Positions 28,380 through 32,000 of a DNA stretch of 32,000 nt are shown here, one piece after another. Positions within the stretch are counted from its first letter, which is position 1, and each line of letters starts with the position of its first letter. The DNA comes from Candidatus Saccharimonadota bacterium (GTDB lineage: Bacteria; Pseudomonadota; Alphaproteobacteria; Rickettsiales; Anaplasmataceae): the NCBI GenBank assembly GCA_029715105.1, contig CP085695.1, forward strand, positions 120,001 to 152,000, read 5' to 3'. The notes under the pieces were generated by a model, which made no database searches, was not told where the DNA came from, and saw nothing but the letters and a program-made list of their open reading frames with translations. The position numbers and the translations under genes were made by a program.

Positions 28380-28967
28380 TGTTTTATTAGTTATTAAAGT
28401 TTTTAGAAATTAGTTATTTAATAATCTGATTGGCTATGGTTTATAAATTGAAAGTGAGAGGTAAAAATAGTTTAGTAATATTGAAAAATATTATGTTTTG
28501 ATAGTGTTAGTATGATAAAATACTAGATTTTAGTAGGATGATCTATGTTAGAGTGGTTATTTTGTTGTTAAACAATTTCAATTAGATTGGTGTTTTCTAA
28601 AAAAGTTTGAGAATTGGTGCTATTATAAAATATATATTTATATAATGGTGTGCTATACATAATATAAAAACTATTTTCAGATATTTGTATTTTAAATAGT
28701 TATTGAGTTTTACATTAGTGGTAATTTTGAGAGTTTATATTTGCATTAGTAATTATTTCTTGCGATATTTTTCATTATATATTGGAGTGTGCATTTTGTA
28801 TTCGTACTATAAGTATAGTGATTTTATTATATTTAATCTTTATATTTTATAAAATATTAATGAGAAGTATTATGAGGGGTATAGTTTGTAAAATGTGGTA
28901 GGGAAACTTTTTTTTAATTAAGTTAAGAGCAAGATCCAAAGAAATCTTTTAGAAGTGTGAGAATTTT

Positions 28968-29756
28968 ATGAAAATTAAAGTTGGAGTAATAGGCTGCGGT
29001 AAAATGGGGAAAAAAGTACTGAATGAATTGGTTATGAATACCAAATTAAATATAGTTGGTGCTGTTGCTAGCGCGAGTAATAAATATATAGGTTTAGATA
29101 TAGGATCAATTATAGGTGGTTCTTTTGTAGGGGTTAAAGTTACGAGTTCTATTAGAGATGTGTTTAATCTGTCTGATGTTGTAATAGATTTTACAACTAA
29201 AGAATGTATGTTAGATTGCCTTAAGATGTCTGTAAAATTTAAAACGCCATTAGTTAGTGGTACGACTGGAATAGAAGATGTTGATTTAAAGAAATATTCT
29301 GCTAAGGTTCCAATATTATGGTCACCAAATATGAGTATTGGAGTTAATGTGTTATTAAAATTAGTAAAAAAAGCTGCTAGTCTTCTAAATAAAGAGTATG
29401 ATGCTGAAATTTGGGAAATGCATCATAATCTTAAGAAAGATTTACCATCTGGAACAGCTGTAGAATTTGGTAGAGCGATTGCTAATGCTTCAGGTAGGGA
29501 TTTTCAGCTTAGTCAATGTTTTCATAGTTGTTCGAAAATGAGAAAGAAAGGAAGAATAGGATTTGCAGTATCTCGTGGAGGTGGGGTAATAGGAGATCAT
29601 AGTGTGATGTTTATTAATTCCAATGAACGTATAGAATTGAATCATAAAGCGATTGATCGTGTATCTTTTGCTAAGGGAGCTGTTCAAGCAGCAATGTGGT
29701 TATATAAAAACAAAAGAGAGATACCTGGACTTTATTCAATGCAGGATATGATGTGA
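28968..29756 (+). CDS. dapB: 4-hydroxy-tetrahydrodipicolinate reductase
   Basis: 262 aa. N-terminal Rossmann motif KVGVIGCGKMGK and catalytic block EMHHNLKKDLPSGTA. Confidence 0.93.
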   Translation: MKIKVGVIGCGKMGKKVLNELVMNTKLNIVGAVASASNKYIGLDIGSIIGGSFVGVKVTSSIRDVFNLSDVVIDFTTKECMLDCLKMSVKFKTPLVSGTTGIEDVDLKKYSAKVPILWSPNMSIGVNVLLKLVKKAASLLNKEYDAEIWEMHHNLKKDLPSGTAVEFGRAIANASGRDFQLSQCFHSCSKMRKKGRIGFAVSRGGGVIGDHSVMFINSNERIELNHKAIDRVSFAKGAVQAAMWLYKNKREIPGLYSMQDMM

Positions 29757-29757
29757 T

Positions 29758-30519
29758 ATGAATGGTGATATATGTGCCTCCATTAAGGATTTAAATCTTT
29801 GGTATGGTTCTAAACAAATTTTATTTAATATAAGTTTAAATATTTATAATAAAAAAGTTACTACTTTTATTGGGCCATCTGGGTGTGGTAAATCAACCTT
29901 TTTGCGGTGTTTTAATCGTATGAATGATTATATACCGGGATGCAAAGTTACTGGCAGGTTAATTGTTAATGGGCTTGGTGATATATATTTGCGCGATACG
30001 GATGTTGTATTATTGAGAGCAAAAGTTGGAATGGTATTCCAAAAGCCGAATCCTTTTCCAAAATCGATATATAATAATATTGCTTATGGACCAAAATTAC
30101 ATGGTATAATAAAGGATAGGCAAAAATTAGATGAAATAGTAAAAAATAGTTTAATTAAAGTAGGTTTATGGGAAGATTTAAAAGATAGATTGCAGGATAG
30201 TGCATTAGATTTATCTGGTGGACAACAGCAGAGATTATGTATTGCTCGTGCAATTGCAGTGAAACCAACCATTTTGTTAATGGACGAGCCATGTTCTGCT
30301 CTTGATCCAATGGCTACAAATGCAATTGAGAATCTTATTCAAGAGTTGAAATTAAAATTTACAATTATAATGATAACTCATTCAATGAAACAAGCTAGGA
30401 AGTTATCTGATAGTGTAATTTTCTTTTTTAATGGTAAGATTGTTGAATCTGGAAGTGTTAAGGAAGTATTCGAAGATACTCAGTTTCCCCTAACAAAAGA
30501 GTATATTCTAGATCATTAA
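29758..30519 (+). CDS. pstB: phosphate ABC transporter ATP-binding protein
   Basis: 253 aa. Walker A GPSGCGKST, PstB-type FLRCFNRMND and MVFQKPNPFPKSIYNNIAYG, signature LSGGQQQRLCIARAIA. The start lies 1 nt after the dapB stop. No pstSCA is nearby. Confidence 0.93.
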   Translation: MNGDICASIKDLNLWYGSKQILFNISLNIYNKKVTTFIGPSGCGKSTFLRCFNRMNDYIPGCKVTGRLIVNGLGDIYLRDTDVVLLRAKVGMVFQKPNPFPKSIYNNIAYGPKLHGIIKDRQKLDEIVKNSLIKVGLWEDLKDRLQDSALDLSGGQQQRLCIARAIAVKPTILLMDEPCSALDPMATNAIENLIQELKLKFTIIMITHSMKQARKLSDSVIFFFNGKIVESGSVKEVFEDTQFPLTKEYILDH

Positions 30520-30545
30520 ATTTAGTTTTTAATTGTACTAAAGAT

Positions 30546-31691
30546 TTATTTTATTATGTTAGCGATAATACGACTTTCAAAATCAATATTTATTATGTCA
30601 GATAATGAGTTTATTTTAAAATAATTGTTAAAATTTTCTATAGTTAATCTTATTATTTCGATTATTCTTAAAAAGTTGATTTGAGATTTTAAAAACTTAT
30701 TAACTGCTACTTCATTTGCTGCATTAAGTACAATACTGTTTATATGTGGAAAAGAAGAGTTTAATACTTCGATACCGAGTTTTAACGCAGGAAAGCGTAT
30801 ATAATCTGGTTTTTGAAAAGTTAATTTTTGCCCTATTAAATTTAATTTATGTTTTGAGATTAGTCTTTTTGGCCAGTATAAAGCATATGAGATTGGAATT
30901 GACATATCAGTTTCTGCAAGTACAGCGAAATTAAAACCATCTTTATAAGTTACGATTCCATGTATTATTGATTCAGGATGTATTACTACCTTGATTTTAT
31001 TTTTATTTATATTAAACAGATTATGTGCTTCTATTATTTCTAATGTTTTATTTATCATTGTCGCACTGTCGACGGAGATTTTTTTTCCCATATTCCAGGT
31101 TGGATGATTTAGTACTTGGTTTATTGTAACGTTTTTTAATTTTTCTAAATTGTAATTTAAAAATGGCCCACCAGAAGCGGTAAGTATAATTTTTTCTATA
31201 TATTTTTTATTTTTTTCTAAAATTTGAAAAATTGCATTGTGTTCAGAGTCAATAGGAATTATTTGTACATTTTTTTCTTTAGCTTTTTTAATTAAGAATT
31301 TTCCACCACAAACGATACTTTCCTTATTTGCTAGTCCTATAATTTTAGTGCCACTTTCTATAATTTGCATTATAGGTTTAAGAGCCGCAATGCCAACTAT
31401 TGCAATGATTGCAAGATCAATTTGTAGAGAGGCAACATTCATTAAACCTTCGCTACCGGCTTCAACTTTAATATTTGTATTAAAAAGATTTTCTTTTAAG
31501 TTTTTAAAAAATTTTCTATTAGAAATAACAACATATTTTGCATTTAGCAGTTTTGCTTGATAAGCTAGAAGATTAAAATTAGAATGTGCGCTGAGTGCTT
31601 CTATTTGGTATTCTTCTTTTCTCTTTAATAAAAGACTTATAGCCTTTTTTCCGATGCTCCCAGTTGATCCTAAAATTGAAATTTTTTTCAT
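30546..31691 (-). CDS. dxr: 1-deoxy-D-xylulose 5-phosphate reductoisomerase
   Basis: 381 aa. Motifs: MKKISILGSTGSIGKKAI, PIDSEHNAIFQ, LTASGGPF, NHPTWNMGKKISVDSATMINK. Confidence 0.95.
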   Translation of the reverse strand: MKKISILGSTGSIGKKAISLLLKRKEEYQIEALSAHSNFNLLAYQAKLLNAKYVVISNRKFFKNLKENLFNTNIKVEAGSEGLMNVASLQIDLAIIAIVGIAALKPIMQIIESGTKIIGLANKESIVCGGKFLIKKAKEKNVQIIPIDSEHNAIFQILEKNKKYIEKIILTASGGPFLNYNLEKLKNVTINQVLNHPTWNMGKKISVDSATMINKTLEIIEAHNLFNINKNKIKVVIHPESIIHGIVTYKDGFNFAVLAETDMSIPISYALYWPKRLISKHKLNLIGQKLTFQKPDYIRFPALKLGIEVLNSSFPHINSIVLNAANEVAVNKFLKSQINFLRIIEIIRLTIENFNNYFKINSLSDIINIDFESRIIANIIK

Positions 31692-31731
31692 TAAAATATA
31701 TTGTGATATGTATATTTAGTAGGACAAATTT

Positions 31732-31983
31732 TTATTTGTTCTGGATGTTTTGGATTAATTCAGAACTTTCTTCATCTTTAAAAAGATACATTGAATAACG
31801 CGAAAAAGAAGAAAATTGACTATGATGATCATGCGTTGTATCGTGTTGTATATTATTATATAAGCCCTGAGCATTATAGAATATTTCGTTGTTGATATAA
31901 GGATAATCTTCATAATTTTCATTGTAATTTATGTTATTAGAAAAGTATTCTCCGAGATTTTCAAAGCATTTTATACCAAACAT
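31732..31983 (-). CDS. hypothetical N/Y/acidic-rich protein; the reading frame stays open to the window edge
   Basis: 83 aa from the first ATG, with no motif I recognise. The frame upstream of the ATG (31984-32000) has no stop, so the real gene may begin beyond base 32000. Confidence 0.3.
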   Translation of the reverse strand: MFGIKCFENLGEYFSNNINYNENYEDYPYINNEIFYNAQGLYNNIQHDTTHDHHSQFSSFSRYSMYLFKDEESSELIQNIQNK

Positions 31984-32000
31984 ATTGCATGATTTACCAA

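Noticed and set aside
2878-31560. Other short ORFs of 61-107 aa: 2878-3081(-), 3316-3507(-), 4274-4459(+), 5776-6087(-), 6247-6510(-), 7321-7572(-), 7662-7856(-), 10247-10459(+), 17215-17415(+), 17610-17873(+), 18555-18785(+), 18861-19052(+), 19764-19988(+), 20599-20820(+), 20821-21111(+), 22780-23061(+), 23200-23478(+), 25440-25667(-), 29490-29687(-), 30084-30272(-), 30746-30934(+), 31237-31560(+)
   Set aside because: Each is antisense to, and essentially nested in, a gene with strong family motifs. None has a recognisable motif of its own.
1-32000. Alternative genetic code (TGA=Trp) as an explanation for the ORF-free spacers
   Set aside because: pyrH, frr, cdsA and dapB all terminate at TGA at exactly the expected protein length, so TGA is a stop here.

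Overview
This is an AT-rich core-chromosome segment of a reduced alphaproteobacterial genome. Gene content, protein wording and the long ORF-free spacers fit an Anaplasmataceae (Ehrlichia-like) organism. That assignment is inference from reading the sequence, not a search result. I can support 25 protein-coding genes and 3 tRNAs. The genes, in order: pyrH 3' end, frr, uppS, cdsA, a zf-CHCC protein, a signal-peptide GATase1/C26-like protein, tsaB, lolC/E, ssb, dapA, a VUT-like membrane protein, purL, addB, carB, a NifS-like cysteine desulfurase, a COG2945-type hydrolase, lolD, erpA/iscA-type, ribD, a PyrK-like half protein, 5-formyl-THF cyclo-ligase, dapB, pstB, dxr, and an N/Y-rich ORF at the right edge. 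The tRNAs are Phe-GAA, Arg-CCG and Ser-GGA. I see no CRISPR array, transposase, integrase, phage genes or recognisable defence or toxin island, and I did not find a convincing multi-gene novel system. The items most worth a second look are listed here.
1. addB has its conserved N-terminus cut off by a frameshift inside a T9 tract.
2. purL has large-PurL N-terminal architecture but no glutaminase domain.
3. A tRNA-adjacent, apparently exported amidotransferase-fold protein has its catalytic His replaced.
4. A PyrK-type NAD/[2Fe-2S] module lacks its FAD domain and sits directly behind tRNA-Ser.
5. The ErpA homologue carries a 42-aa N/K-rich insertion.
6. A perfect 16-bp-arm palindrome abuts a start codon.
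7. A C7-N12-G7 hairpin belongs to a loose set of G5-7 tracts confined to spacers.
8. Eight ORF-free spacers of 0.46-1.2 kb show strong G>C skew on the + strand.
All family calls come from remembered motifs. No HMM or BLAST was run.
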